The notes: generated by a model not told the origin, from the letters alone. 57,359 bases of DNA from Candidatus Hodarchaeota archaeon (GCA_016839815.1 JAEOTM010000160.1:1-57359); one strand, 5' to 3'. Shown: positions 9,122 to 19,710, counted from the stretch's first letter. Translations and numbers: made by a program.

Positions 9122-12100
9122 CTAATTATTTTTTCTTCTTCTTCCAATTACTCCTTTGATGCTAATTAAAGCAAAAGTAATAATTATGAACCCTGGGAAA
9201 TAACCACCTTTAGATGTAGTAGTAGTCTCATCATCTGTAGTGGTTTCTGGAATTGTTGTTGTGACAAATGTATCGATGATAAAGACAATTGTTGTATGAC
9301 CAGTATTCCCTGCTGTATCCACCGCAACGATTGTAATATTGTTTTCTCCTTCAGGAAGATTCGCAATAATACTCCCACTAGTAATCGCTGTACTATTTAC
9401 CACTCCATTAATATATACTGAAGTGGTCCCTTCTGAAACTGTATAGGTCAAAGTAACACTATCAACGCTATATGTTGTAGTTGTAGGATGAGATATTTCA
9501 ACTATTGGATTACTATCATCTGTGATAAATGTAAAAACCATTGTCTTTCCATTTCCCGCACTATCTATCGCTAGCAGATATAAAGTATGAACTCCTTCTC
9601 CAGAGGGTAAAGGTGTCTGATACGGGGGTTCTAATATTTGATATGTTCCTATATCCCAATAATATCGCAAAACATCCAGATGAATCTCTGTTACACTCAA
9701 GTCAATTAGAGTTCCGCTGTTGTGAATGGTGTTATTCATAGGGGTTTCCAGAGTGATGATTGGATCGATATCATCTGTGATGAAGCTATATGTTTCAGTT
9801 ACTAGGTGTCCTGCTGTATCATTCGCATATACATATAACCAATGTGTCCCCTCTCCTGACGGTAATGGCGTTTGATAGGGGGAATTCCATGTTTGATTTG
9901 GACTATTATCCCAATTGTACCAGACAGTATCTAGATATTCATCGGCTACAGCAATGTTCAGTACGATACCAGATGGATATATGGAGTTATTTTGGTGAGA
10001 AGCTAATGTTATTGTAGGGGCTATTTCATCGATAGTTAGTTTTGTGACAAAAACATCACTATCAAAAGCTCCACTATGTGTACTATTGAATGCCCGATAG
10101 GTAGGAAAATCTGGTGATTCGGTAAATCCGCTTATGTAACTGTTGTTATATGTATCTACAGTAATTGTTCTAGCCTCCTCATCTTCAGACCCGCCTAAAT
10201 AGGTACTAAATAATAAACCCGTACCTGTACTATTGAATTTGGCCATAAATGCATCTTTATTGTTAAGCCCTCCATTATTACTAGCATCATAGGCATTCAT
10301 AACAGGTAAATTGGATGATCTGGTAGTCCCTCCTACAAATGTATTATTGTACACATCTACACTGATATCCTCAGGGATGTCTGAAGCACTACCTCCAAAA
10401 AACGTACTAAACACAAATCCTGTACCAGTAGCATTTAATTTAGTTATAAAACCTTCAGCACCGTCAAAAATACTATCATATGCATTCACTACTGGATAAT
10501 CATCTGAAGTTGTTGTTCCACATATGTAGGTCTGATTATAGACATCAACTGCGAGAGCTGTTGGATTATCGTAATTATTACCTCCAAGATAGGTGCTAAA
10601 TATCAGCCCATCACCAGCTGCGTTCACTTTACTCACAAAGTAGTCTTTAGGTCCTGAAAGTGTGTCATTTATTGCATTTACCAGAGGAAAATTTGTAGAA
10701 CTGTAGGTGTCACCCGTGAGGTAAATATGGTTATAATCATCTATAGCCATATCCCTGATATAATCTTGCCCATCCCCTCCCAGATAGGAACTAAAAAGTA
10801 AGCCTGAACCTGTAGCATTAAGTTTGGCAACAAATGCCTCAGATCCCCCTGCAATAACATCATCAAATGCATTTACCTTGGGAAAATTTGCTGAATAAGT
10901 TGTCCCCCCAATATAGATATTAGAGGAACTATCTACGGAAATAATTATCGTATTCTCATTTGAGGAACCCCCAATGTAGGTGCTGAAAATAAGTTCATTC
11001 CCTGTACTATTGAGTTTTGTGATAAATCCATCTTCACCACCATTATGACTATTGTTTAATCCTTTATAGGTAGGAAAATTATTCGAATTAGTAGTTCCAG
11101 AAAGATAGATATTACTTTCTTCATCCACAACTAGTCCTCTTGCAGTTTCGTAACTCGTACCGCCTAAATATGTACTGAAAACTATTCCTGTACCTGTTGA
11201 GTTTAATTTCGTAATAAATGCATCACTAGATCCGTTCAGAGTATTATCATACTCATTGAAACTCGGAAAGTTTGTCGAAGATGTGCTTCCACAGATATAG
11301 GTGTTATTATCATTATCTATTGCTAAATTATAAGCAATTTCAAGATCATTCCCCCCTAAGAACGTACTATACGATAAGATAAGGGGATCGATAGTCACCG
11401 TTTGAGAAGAATCATAAGCTTCAAGATAAAAGCCATAACGACTTGTTTCTTGTACTAAAAATCGAGCTGGAATTTCTATTCCATCTGTTTGAAAAACACG
11501 AAGGGAACTATCCTGAATAAGGGGTTTATTCCTGTCACGAGACGTAAACACCATGTTATCATAGTCTAACTCAAGTTTGACTGTATTACTTGCTTCTAAA
11601 ATGATCTCATTTGGATCAGCTCCTGGATGTACTACAAATTCATATTTTAATCCATCCTCAGACATGTAGTATCTTAAATCTATTTTATCATACAGATCAT
11701 AATACCAAATCTCCTGATATGTAGGAACATTTACTAAGTGTAAATTTGGATAGAAGAAGTTAATATAATTCTTTTGTTCTTGTATTCCCTTTGGATTAAT
11801 TTTATTTGCATCTGGGAAAGTAATGGAAAAAGATTCTGAATTTGTGACAAAATCTATCTTTGAGCAACTAAATCCGATACTAATTCCGTTCATTGAGTAA
11901 TAATATCTAATTTCTTCATTATTTATTTGACCCTGGTTTTTAATAAAACCACTGAAGGGTACTTCGACTGGTTTGTTTCGTTTTTGCGCCTTAGGTGGAA
12001 AAAGAATTTCAAGAGGTTCACCCTTCGACAAAACTTGTGATAAAATCTCTTCACTATCAATTGAAGTTTTACTAATACCATGAAGTGAGATCACAAACAT

Positions 12101-12142
12101 GGAAATCAAAATAAACATTTGTATTTTCCTTTGGATAAACAT
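9122..12142 (-). CDS. large cell-surface protein with SBBP beta-propeller repeats, Ig-like domains and C-terminal TM anchor
   Basis: Signal peptide. More than eight repeats of the ...YxGGxxxDxxxxIxVDxxGNxYxxGxTxSxNFPxxNAxDxxxxG... pattern (SBBP/PF06739-like). T-rich stalk and hydrophobic C-terminus plus RRRKNN. Confidence 0.7.
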   Translation of the reverse strand: MFIQRKIQMFILISMFVISLHGISKTSIDSEEILSQVLSKGEPLEILFPPKAQKRNKPVEVPFSGFIKNQGQINNEEIRYYYSMNGISIGFSCSKIDFVTNSESFSITFPDANKINPKGIQEQKNYINFFYPNLHLVNVPTYQEIWYYDLYDKIDLRYYMSEDGLKYEFVVHPGADPNEIILEASNTVKLELDYDNMVFTSRDRNKPLIQDSSLRVFQTDGIEIPARFLVQETSRYGFYLEAYDSSQTVTIDPLILSYSTFLGGNDLEIAYNLAIDNDNNTYICGSTSSTNFPSFNEYDNTLNGSSDAFITKLNSTGTGIVFSTYLGGTSYETARGLVVDEESNIYLSGTTNSNNFPTYKGLNNSHNGGEDGFITKLNSTGNELIFSTYIGGSSNENTIIISVDSSSNIYIGGTTYSANFPKVNAFDDVIAGGSEAFVAKLNATGSGLLFSSYLGGDGQDYIRDMAIDDYNHIYLTGDTYSSTNFPLVNAINDTLSGPKDYFVSKVNAAGDGLIFSTYLGGNNYDNPTALAVDVYNQTYICGTTTSDDYPVVNAYDSIFDGAEGFITKLNATGTGFVFSTFFGGSASDIPEDISVDVYNNTFVGGTTRSSNLPVMNAYDASNNGGLNNKDAFMAKFNSTGTGLLFSTYLGGSEDEEARTITVDTYNNSYISGFTESPDFPTYRAFNSTHSGAFDSDVFVTKLTIDEIAPTITLASHQNNSIYPSGIVLNIAVADEYLDTVWYNWDNSPNQTWNSPYQTPLPSGEGTHWLYVYANDTAGHLVTETYSFITDDIDPIITLETPMNNTIHNSGTLIDLSVTEIHLDVLRYYWDIGTYQILEPPYQTPLPSGEGVHTLYLLAIDSAGNGKTMVFTFITDDSNPIVEISHPTTTTYSVDSVTLTYTVSEGTTSVYINGVVNSTAITSGSIIANLPEGENNITIVAVDTAGNTGHTTIVFIIDTFVTTTIPETTTDDETTTTSKGGYFPGFIIITFALISIKGVIGRRRKNN

Positions 12143-12378
12143 ATTTTATCATCAGCTGTTTTTTCTTCTGCTATTGACAGAATCTTTATTTCTATGAAGT
12201 CAAATTCCGTTGATAACAATATTTCAAGATTGGAATCAAGAACTAAATTATAAATCTTATTCCAACTGAGAACAGCTTATTCCTCACCAATCATTCATAA
12301 GAGTATGTATTGAACTCTCTTCCAGGTGAATTAGTAAGCTATTTCCTTTCTTGAAAATTACTTTTCTCTGGGAAGACC

Positions 12379-13728
12379 GTGACAGATACTACAATTACTC
12401 CTCCTATCGACCTTATTCCTGAGGAACCAGCGACTCTCGAGAATAAGAAGTCTACCCTCTATGGAATAGCGGTCGGAAAGGACACAGGTCACTTCATTGT
12501 AGCCACTTATTCTCAGATTTATGCGGTTTTTATTAATGCATCTCCCTTGTTTCTTTCAATAATCACCAGCATGAGAAATCTCATTCAATTAGCAGTTCAG
12601 CTTCCCTTTGGTAGGTTGAGCGATCGTTTTGGTAGAAAACCATTTTTAGTGTTCGGACTCTTTATCTCGGCATTCATGAGTTTTGCTATTCCTTTAATCA
12701 CTGAACCTATTCTTCTCCTTCTTGCCATGATAATCTATTCCCTAGCTTTCAGTATTTTTTCACCATCTTGGATCGCACTCTTAGGTGATTCTTCGCAAGA
12801 ATCGACTAGAGGGTCTTACATAGGTCGTATTACTACTATCACCGTTATTTTCACAATGTTCGTCTTTCTTGTCTCAGGATGGCTGATTCCTTTTCTCACA
12901 ACAGATTATGCCTCTCAATATCGAATAATCTATAACTTAGGAGGAATAGCATTTCTCCTAGCAGGACTGTTTTCTTTATTTTGGTTGCAGGAAACCAACC
13001 CAAATGCTTCTTCTAACGATAAGCTCCGATCTCATCTTTCCATGAATGGGCTCTCTTCTCGAATTTTCTCAAGAATTTCTTTTCGCAATATGTTATCTCC
13101 CTTCCGAGAGAACCCAACCTTCACTCGTTTTGTGATAATTAGTGCCTTTATGGATTTCAGTATGTCTACTGGGTGGCCTATTTTTGGGTTTATTCGTGAG
13201 CGATATACTACTCCCAGTCAATATAGCTTTCTTTGGGCGGTTCATATGGCATGTCAGATCTTTTCCTTATCTCTGGGTGGGAAATTAATTGATAAGTATG
13301 GAAAGAAAGTTGGATTCAATGGTCGAAAGATCATGTTTCTAATTCCATTAGTCTTATTTTTTGCACGAAATTGGGTAGAACTGGCGATTGGGAATTTTAT
13401 TGGGGGAATTGGGTATGGTCTATACTTTGTCACCACAACAGCCTATATCATTGATTCTGCTCCCGAAGAATCCAAAGGTAGATATGTTGGTCTGTATCAA
13501 CTAATTATGGGTTTATCTACGTTTCTTGGATCCTTTACCATGGGCATTGTGACGGAACTCCTTATTCCTATCCTTGGTAAATGGGATGCAATTTATACAC
13601 TTGTTCTTGTCGTAATGTTTTTACGAATTCTTGGAGGGTTAGCCTTCTATTTTGTTGAGGAACCTACCAAACCGAAAACTGGAGTAGGAAGTTCGGATAT
13701 TTCCTTTGGAGAAAGGTCAAAGAATTAA
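12379..13728 (+). CDS. MFS transporter
   Basis: About 12 TM helices and the FGRLSDRFGRKP MFS signature between TM2 and TM3. Confidence 0.75.
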   Translation: MTDTTITPPIDLIPEEPATLENKKSTLYGIAVGKDTGHFIVATYSQIYAVFINASPLFLSIITSMRNLIQLAVQLPFGRLSDRFGRKPFLVFGLFISAFMSFAIPLITEPILLLLAMIIYSLAFSIFSPSWIALLGDSSQESTRGSYIGRITTITVIFTMFVFLVSGWLIPFLTTDYASQYRIIYNLGGIAFLLAGLFSLFWLQETNPNASSNDKLRSHLSMNGLSSRIFSRISFRNMLSPFRENPTFTRFVIISAFMDFSMSTGWPIFGFIRERYTTPSQYSFLWAVHMACQIFSLSLGGKLIDKYGKKVGFNGRKIMFLIPLVLFFARNWVELAIGNFIGGIGYGLYFVTTTAYIIDSAPEESKGRYVGLYQLIMGLSTFLGSFTMGIVTELLIPILGKWDAIYTLVLVVMFLRILGGLAFYFVEEPTKPKTGVGSSDISFGERSKN

Positions 13729-13782
13729 AATAATAATTCTGCTATTAAGTCGTATTATTATTAGGATGAAGGTAAAAACACT

Positions 13783-14385
13783 ATGCTCTCTGAAGATGAT
13801 CGAAAAAAGGCCTATGATGAAGGATTAATTGTTAAAGAATCCGCTTTGGATTTACTGGGCCATTTCTCAACTGCTGCTGCTATTTTAGCTGGTTTTTTCC
13901 TAACTGCAGCAATATTTTTGGTTTCAGTTAATGCGGAACGACTGGGAACTGGTCAGTATGCTTTTTTAGATGAACCAATTGGAGATCAGTTCGGTCTGGC
14001 GGATACTATACGTGAATGGTTACCTGAGTCAATTATTACCGATTACTGGCCCAATCATTATTCTTATATGTTGATAATATTTATTATCTTATTTCTTCTT
14101 GCAATGTTCTCCTATGCCTGTTATATCCAAGCAGGTTTGTCCCACATGAAGGTTCTTGAAGGAAAAAGGAGTTCTCTTGACAGTGTTTGGTTTTGGCAAA
14201 AGTGGGGTCTTCGAATATTAATAATTGGTTTATTAGCAGCGTTTATTAGTCTTCCTTGGGCCATTCTTCGTTTTGCATTTGAACATGCTTTCTCTTGGAC
14301 AATCGTTCTGATCTCCATCGTTCTCCTCTGTGGTTTACTCCTTGGTCTTGGTATTAAACTTGTAAAGTTTCGTCGGTTAAAGTAA
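13783..14385 (+). CDS. membrane protein, unknown function
   Basis: Four hydrophobic helices, 200 aa. Confidence 0.35.
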   Translation: MLSEDDRKKAYDEGLIVKESALDLLGHFSTAAAILAGFFLTAAIFLVSVNAERLGTGQYAFLDEPIGDQFGLADTIREWLPESIITDYWPNHYSYMLIIFIILFLLAMFSYACYIQAGLSHMKVLEGKRSSLDSVWFWQKWGLRILIIGLLAAFISLPWAILRFAFEHAFSWTIVLISIVLLCGLLLGLGIKLVKFRRLK

Positions 14386-14412
14386 ACAGTCAGGCCAATA
14401 AACGTCTTTCCT

Positions 14413-15717
14413 TTGATAGATCTAGAGATTATAATAATGGTAATGAAAATTCGTCACCAATTGTTAGTTTTCATGTCAATTTCTCATTTTATACATCATG
14501 TGTTGTTATATGCCTTCCCCGCTTTATTAATTCTTATTGTCAATGACATTCCTCTTTCTTATCTTGAAATGGGTCTATTAGGCTCTCTTCCATCCTTGAT
14601 TATGGCCTTTACCTCTCCACTTATTGGTTATTGGGGAAAAAATGCCCGTTATGGATTTCTGATTGTCCTTGGGGGGATTATTCTTTTTGTTATGTCTTGT
14701 TTTTGTTTCTCAATTACTTCTGACTTCTTGGGATTATTTATTGGAAATCTAATTCTGGGTTTTGGTTGTACGACGTATCATCCTGTAGGATTAGGTGTGG
14801 CTGCAAATTCTTTCTCCGAACACAATCGTGGAAAAGCCATGGCAATTAATCATGCAGCTGGGGTAATCGGAACTGCAGTAAGCCCTTTTAGCACACTATC
14901 CTTGGCATTGTTTGTTTTTACTTGGAGGTGGACTTTCTTCATACTGGGTCTGGTGTGTGTTTTTCTTGTGAGTTTTCTAAGTATATGGCTTCTTTTCCAA
15001 AATTTGATAAGTCGTTTTGAATCATTAGTAGTAATAGCTAGAGAAAAACAGAAACCTATTAGCGAGGTATCGGAAAATTCCTCGATACTGCATTCACCTC
15101 ATCGAAACTGGATTTTAACAAGTTTAGCCATTATTATCTTGATTAGTGCACTACGAGGGGGAGTTTATCGGTCTATTAGCTATTTTACAGCAACTTTACT
15201 CAAAAATTTCTATGATCTTGATGCTTTCATGGCGGGTGCAACGACTAGTTTTATTCTCCTATTAGGATCTTTGTCTGATATCTATGGTGCTATCAATTCT
15301 GATAGACTAGGTCCACGTGGTAGAATTAGAATTGTCCTAATTTCCGCATTAATCTCAAGTTTGGCCATTGTTACTCTTATTGCGATTACTCTTGGTTTTC
15401 CAGAAATTATATTTGTTATTTTTGGATTTTCTGTCTTCGCTGTAGGTTTTTATCTTGCAGGAGGGACATTACAAGCATTGCAGGTTGATCTTGTCCCAGC
15501 TAGTGATAGAACTTTTTTCTACTCACTTGTTTTCTCTCTGGGCTTAATAGTCAGCTCTGTTTCCCCCACTATCTTCGGTGTGTTACTAGATATGTTTAAT
15601 TCCCCAGTTGGTGGATTATTCTTCATGCTAGCCTTAATGATGGCGTCTTTTGTTATTACAGAGTTTTTTCGACGTCGAATTCCCTTTGCTGAAAAAGAAA
15701 ATTTATTTTCTCATTAA
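14413..15717 (+). CDS. MFS-type transporter
   Basis: Polytopic (10-12 TM) protein with MFS-like loop motifs. Confidence 0.6.
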   Translation: MIDLEIIIMVMKIRHQLLVFMSISHFIHHVLLYAFPALLILIVNDIPLSYLEMGLLGSLPSLIMAFTSPLIGYWGKNARYGFLIVLGGIILFVMSCFCFSITSDFLGLFIGNLILGFGCTTYHPVGLGVAANSFSEHNRGKAMAINHAAGVIGTAVSPFSTLSLALFVFTWRWTFFILGLVCVFLVSFLSIWLLFQNLISRFESLVVIAREKQKPISEVSENSSILHSPHRNWILTSLAIIILISALRGGVYRSISYFTATLLKNFYDLDAFMAGATTSFILLLGSLSDIYGAINSDRLGPRGRIRIVLISALISSLAIVTLIAITLGFPEIIFVIFGFSVFAVGFYLAGGTLQALQVDLVPASDRTFFYSLVFSLGLIVSSVSPTIFGVLLDMFNSPVGGLFFMLALMMASFVITEFFRRRIPFAEKENLFSH

Positions 15718-15718
15718 A

Positions 15719-16489
15719 TTAGATGTAATAACTGGGGCCACGAGAACTATCTTCATCTGAACCACTTTCTGCTTCTTCTGCTTGGTGAAGTAGATCGTTC
15801 TTCTGAATGGCCTCCTTGATAATCCCATCCAGGTCTTCATACTTGTAATCTAGAGAGAATAGTTTAGCCAAGCGTTTTAGAAGAGCTTTACTCGCCAACG
15901 GATCAGTACCAACTAAGGTTAATTTTCCGAGTAATCCAAAACTACGTAATCCTTTTTCAGCTGCTAAAGCGGAAAAAACACCTACTGCTCCCGTTATTTC
16001 CCCACCTTTCAACGGAGTAATATCATAATCTTCGAGCCATTTCATGGTGGCTTCATTATATCCGAAGGCAGCAACTTCTGGACCTTCTTCTAAAGCTCTG
16101 AGACCGCCCAAACACACAACAGTTTTAGCGTTCATTTCGATAACAAAATCAAGAACTTCGTTTAGAACCTGAATAATTCCAATATCATGAGGTTGTGCAT
16201 CGCCTGTTAAGATCAAAAGGTTGGGAGTTGTTTTTGTGATAGCATAAATTTCCATTCGTGCTAATTGACCAACCCCTTGCTCATTATCTATTTGAACTAC
16301 AGGAGGAAAAAAAGAACTATAAATTCGTGCGATTTCAATGCCTTCGAACTGATCAATTAAGAAGTTTGCAGCAATCTTCCCAATTAGTCCCATACCGGGT
16401 AATCCTTGAATTACGACTGTATCAGGGGTTAAATCTACTTCAGCGAGCTTATGGAAGTAGCTGAACGAATTTCCATTTGATTGACTCAA
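15719..16489 (-). CDS. PAC2-family proteasome assembly chaperone-like protein
   Basis: QGLPGMGLIGKIA matches the PAC2 G-x-P-G-x-G-x-[VI]-G motif. About 250 aa, acidic C-terminus ending YYI (HbYX-like). Confidence 0.5.
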   Translation of the reverse strand: MSQSNGNSFSYFHKLAEVDLTPDTVVIQGLPGMGLIGKIAANFLIDQFEGIEIARIYSSFFPPVVQIDNEQGVGQLARMEIYAITKTTPNLLILTGDAQPHDIGIIQVLNEVLDFVIEMNAKTVVCLGGLRALEEGPEVAAFGYNEATMKWLEDYDITPLKGGEITGAVGVFSALAAEKGLRSFGLLGKLTLVGTDPLASKALLKRLAKLFSLDYKYEDLDGIIKEAIQKNDLLHQAEEAESGSDEDSSRGPSYYI

Positions 16490-16621
16490 GTTGGTACCTC
16501 AGTTACTTGTTTGTTCTTTGTATTTTATTGACTAGGTTGCGGAAAAACTATCGTTATATCCTTAGATATTGTGAGGATTTTGACAAAACATTTTATTATT
16601 AAAAAATGAGGATTAATGACT

Positions 16622-17599
16622 TCAATAATCTAGTGGAGGACCATCACGAATACCCTGAGGAGTTATATGATAAACTGCTTCCCTTTCTGCCAACTCGGGA
16701 GAATCAAATATACGTGCGATACGTGCAGTGCCTCTTGATTTCCGTAGCAATATTCTATGTGTTGGTCGATGGCCCCATGCAAATCCCAGTGCAGGTTCCA
16801 AATTATTTGCCCCCGAGAATAAATTATCAGGATTGCTGAGAATTTGATTGGTCGTTATCACTGCTAATTTGTAGGTTTCTGCGAGTCGCTGAAGTGTCTC
16901 GGCATGGGCCATTAACGTCTGCTGACGACGAGGGAGATTTTCTTTACCTGGAAATTCAGCACGAAAATGTGAGGCCATGGAATCTATAACTATCAATCGG
17001 ATATTATTTTCTTCAATAACTTTATCGGCCTTTTTCATAAGCTGGATCTGGTGGTCTGAGTTATACGCCCGGCTTACGAAGATATTATTCAGATAACTCT
17101 TTGGGTCACTTGTATAAGAGTACGCCATTTCAGCTACTCGGGCAGGAGCAAATGTATTTTCAGTATCGAGAAATAGGGCCTTTCCTTCTAACCCACCTTC
17201 TTCGACAGATCTTTGAACATTTAAACACAATTGAAAGGATATTTGGGTCTTTCCTGTAGCAAACGCCCCACTAAACTCTGTTATGGATCCTACAGCAATA
17301 CCTCCTCCTAATATGTCGTCTAGTGACTGGGAAGAAGTTGTAATTCTTGGTTTTTCCAGCTCTTGCTTTAATAATGAGGCTGCTGTGGTTGGTTGATCCA
17401 TTCCTAATAATTTTCGCGCCTGATTAACTGCTCGTTCCGCTGAAGATTTACTTACTTCACAGCGTGACATTACTTCGCTAGGAGGAGTCGCAGCTAGTGC
17501 CATCAGACTGGGAAACTCTTCCTGAAGACGGCTTCGTAGCTCTTTTGCTACATTCAGCTGAGTGAAATCGTTTGTATTACTCATCATTAATCCTTTCAC
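16622..17599 (-). CDS. radA: DNA repair and recombination protein RadA (Rad51/RecA homolog)
   Basis: N-terminal HhH, Walker A GAFATGKTQ, Walker B LIVIDS, C-terminal GFAWGHRPTHRILLRK. Confidence 0.9.
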   Translation of the reverse strand: MKGLMMSNTNDFTQLNVAKELRSRLQEEFPSLMALAATPPSEVMSRCEVSKSSAERAVNQARKLLGMDQPTTAASLLKQELEKPRITTSSQSLDDILGGGIAVGSITEFSGAFATGKTQISFQLCLNVQRSVEEGGLEGKALFLDTENTFAPARVAEMAYSYTSDPKSYLNNIFVSRAYNSDHQIQLMKKADKVIEENNIRLIVIDSMASHFRAEFPGKENLPRRQQTLMAHAETLQRLAETYKLAVITTNQILSNPDNLFSGANNLEPALGFAWGHRPTHRILLRKSRGTARIARIFDSPELAEREAVYHITPQGIRDGPPLDY

Positions 17600-17685
17600 T
17601 GGAATCAGTTATTATTTCCATAATATGTGTATTATGACTCCTGAGGATGAGGAAATTTCTCCTTAGGTTATATTAGGTTTTCTCT

Positions 17686-18597
17686 CTACTGATGGATTTT
17701 GGTTAATAAATAATCAATAATTTTCTCTGCTACATGAATCTTAGGATTAGCCATTTCAAATGCTTTCCAACCTGGACAGGCATTGACTTCAAGGACAAAA
17801 GTTCCGTTTTGGGTAGGAAAAAGATCGATTCCTGCCACTTCAATCCCAATTCTATCCGCTATCTGATGAACTAATTCTTCATCTTCAGAGGACAATGTAT
17901 ATGCTTCACATTCTGCTCCAAGGGCAAAGTTAGTTCTCCATTCTCCCTTTGGAGCGGTTCGTTTCATACTCCCAATGATCTCATTTCCAATGTAAATAAC
18001 CCGAATATCTGCTGACTGAGGAGCTTCATGTTGCGGACCAGAATAAAGATATTCTTGAATCATGATTGGTTCTGTTGATCTCATAAATAATGATTCAATT
18101 ATTTCTTCTGCGCTTTTTGGATTAAGAGCTAACATAGTTCCACTTCCCCTTGTTGCATCAGGTAGTTTGATAACTAAAGGAAATTTAAATGCCTTAAGTA
18201 TTTGATCCACCTGAAAAGGATTGTTAATTAAGATAGTTCTAGGTAATTGAATTCCCATTATCTTGGATAATGTCTGATAACAACGAAACTTATCTCGGGA
18301 GAGAAAAAGAGCTTCCGCAGAGAGAGTACTTGGAGTACCCATAAGCTCAAAGTGTTTTAGAATCAATAAGCCAAGATTAGTTTGAGATCTACCGATACGG
18401 GGTATAACTCCAAGAAGAGGAAGTAATGATTGGTTCGCAAACCGAGCATCAACCCCTGAAGAGCTTATTAAAGGAAAAATATATTGTGTGGAGAGGAAAA
18501 CCCCAGAAACATTATTTCGTCTATTGATGTCCTTAAGTAATTCCGTAGTTGGAAAATAATCCTTGTTTCGGCTTAGGACACCTATTTGCTTTGCCAT
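17686..18597 (-). CDS. ATP-grasp ligase, RimK/LysX-like
   Basis: ATP-grasp motifs (VIKLPDATRGSG, EYLYSG, GIDLFPTQNGTFVLEVNACPGW). Confidence 0.7.
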   Translation of the reverse strand: MAKQIGVLSRNKDYFPTTELLKDINRRNNVSGVFLSTQYIFPLISSSGVDARFANQSLLPLLGVIPRIGRSQTNLGLLILKHFELMGTPSTLSAEALFLSRDKFRCYQTLSKIMGIQLPRTILINNPFQVDQILKAFKFPLVIKLPDATRGSGTMLALNPKSAEEIIESLFMRSTEPIMIQEYLYSGPQHEAPQSADIRVIYIGNEIIGSMKRTAPKGEWRTNFALGAECEAYTLSSEDEELVHQIADRIGIEVAGIDLFPTQNGTFVLEVNACPGWKAFEMANPKIHVAEKIIDYLLTKIHQ

Positions 18598-18616
18598 ACA
18601 GGAATGTCTCCAGAGA

Positions 18617-18724
18617 TAGCCCCGCTCAGATTCGAACTGAGGTCAAAGAGTGTTTCTCCACGATTCATGTTTAATTAACTCGTGCAATAGAACTCTTTAT
18701 GATGGACCACTACACTACGGGGCT
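18617..18724 (-). tRNA. intron-containing tRNA, anticodon CUA by canonical parse (identity uncertain)
   Basis: Minus-strand read AGCCCCG-TA-GTGT-AGTGGTCCA-TCAT-A-AAGAG-TTCTAT[35-nt intron]A-CTCTT-TGAC-CTCAG-TTCGAAT-CTGAG-CGGGGCT-A. Acceptor, D-loop (A14, GG, A21), T-loop TTCGAAT and a BHB-like intron at 37/38 all fit. The anticodon loop reads U-U-C-U-A-U-A. Confidence 0.6.
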
Positions 18725-18728
18725 GAGT

Positions 18729-18932
18729 TTAACGAACTGGACTCGAAAAAGTAAGAATATCGTCAATAAGTTCTACATGTGTTATTAACATTCTTCTGCA
18801 GCAATATCGTTTCAATTCAAATGAATCGAGTAATTCTGATGCTTCCTTACCTGCTTTCAAGCCATCCAAAAAATCATCATAGTAATGAGCAATAACTTTA
18901 CCGCAGGTATAACATCGGATTGGAATCATCAT
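18729..18932 (-). CDS. rpoN: DNA-directed RNA polymerase subunit N (Rpb10 homolog)
   Basis: MIPIRCYTCGKVI...RYCCRRMLITHVELID matches the RpoN zinc-bundle signature. Confidence 0.85.
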   Translation of the reverse strand: MMIPIRCYTCGKVIAHYYDDFLDGLKAGKEASELLDSFELKRYCCRRMLITHVELIDDILTFSSPVR

Positions 18933-18948
18933 AGTTAATGGTCACCTT

Positions 18949-19602
18949 CTAGAATCCATCATCACTCATAGGACGTCTGCCGCGTGGTGCTCTGAAAAGT
19001 TCAACTCTCAATTGAGCATCTTTTTCTGGTGTTAACTCGCCGCGTTCACGGAGAATTTCTTTAGTTAACAACCAAAATATCATGGCTAATGAATTGCGCC
19101 CTTTGTTATTGCATGGAATTGCTAGATCGATATTCTTGATTGTATTATCAGTATCAACCAAGGAAATTACGGGTATTCCCATTCGATAAGCTTCTTTTAG
19201 GGCCTGATGGTCGAAATGAGGATCAGTAATCAAGATACTTGTGGGTTCAACAAAATTATAGCGCCCCTTGATATTTGGATTGGTGAAGATTCCAGGAATA
19301 AATCTTCCAGTTATCGGAACGGCTCCTGTCACTTTACAGAACATTTCTACAGGATAGATACCATAAGCTCTTACGCTACATGCCGCTACTCGTGACATAT
19401 CTTGTCGTGCGAGGAATTTTGCTGCGGTGCGTATACGATCATCAGTCTTATGGACATCAAGCACATATAGTCCATCGCTTCTTGTACGATAGATAGCCCA
19501 ATCCATGCTTTTCATTCCGCTGGACGTTCCTATATGAACACCAGCCTTTAAATAATCCTCTAGAGGCGTGAGCAATTCTTCTTCTTGTATAGGGGTTGTC
19601 AT
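18949..19602 (-). CDS. rps2: 30S ribosomal protein S2 (uS2)
   Basis: LKAGVHIGT...RVAACSV...ITDPHFDHQALKEAYRMGIPVISLVDTDN is the uS2 fold, archaeal length. Confidence 0.85.
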   Translation of the reverse strand: MTTPIQEEELLTPLEDYLKAGVHIGTSSGMKSMDWAIYRTRSDGLYVLDVHKTDDRIRTAAKFLARQDMSRVAACSVRAYGIYPVEMFCKVTGAVPITGRFIPGIFTNPNIKGRYNFVEPTSILITDPHFDHQALKEAYRMGIPVISLVDTDNTIKNIDLAIPCNNKGRNSLAMIFWLLTKEILRERGELTPEKDAQLRVELFRAPRGRRPMSDDGF

Positions 19603-19710
19603 TTGAAGAAACTCCTTATGTTAGCAATCCTTTCTGCATTTAAGTGACAGTTACCCTAGTAAAAAACGATGTTAAGAAGTTTTGTAGAAGTCTATAGAAA
19701 GTGAAATGGA

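Noticed and set aside
18617-18724. tRNA-Pyl (pylT) as the explanation for the CUA anticodon
   Set aside because: The tRNA has a normal D-loop with GG, a canonical TTCGAAT T-loop, a 5-bp anticodon stem and an intron. None of these match the compact atypical pylT structure, and no pylS/pylBCD genes are seen in the window.
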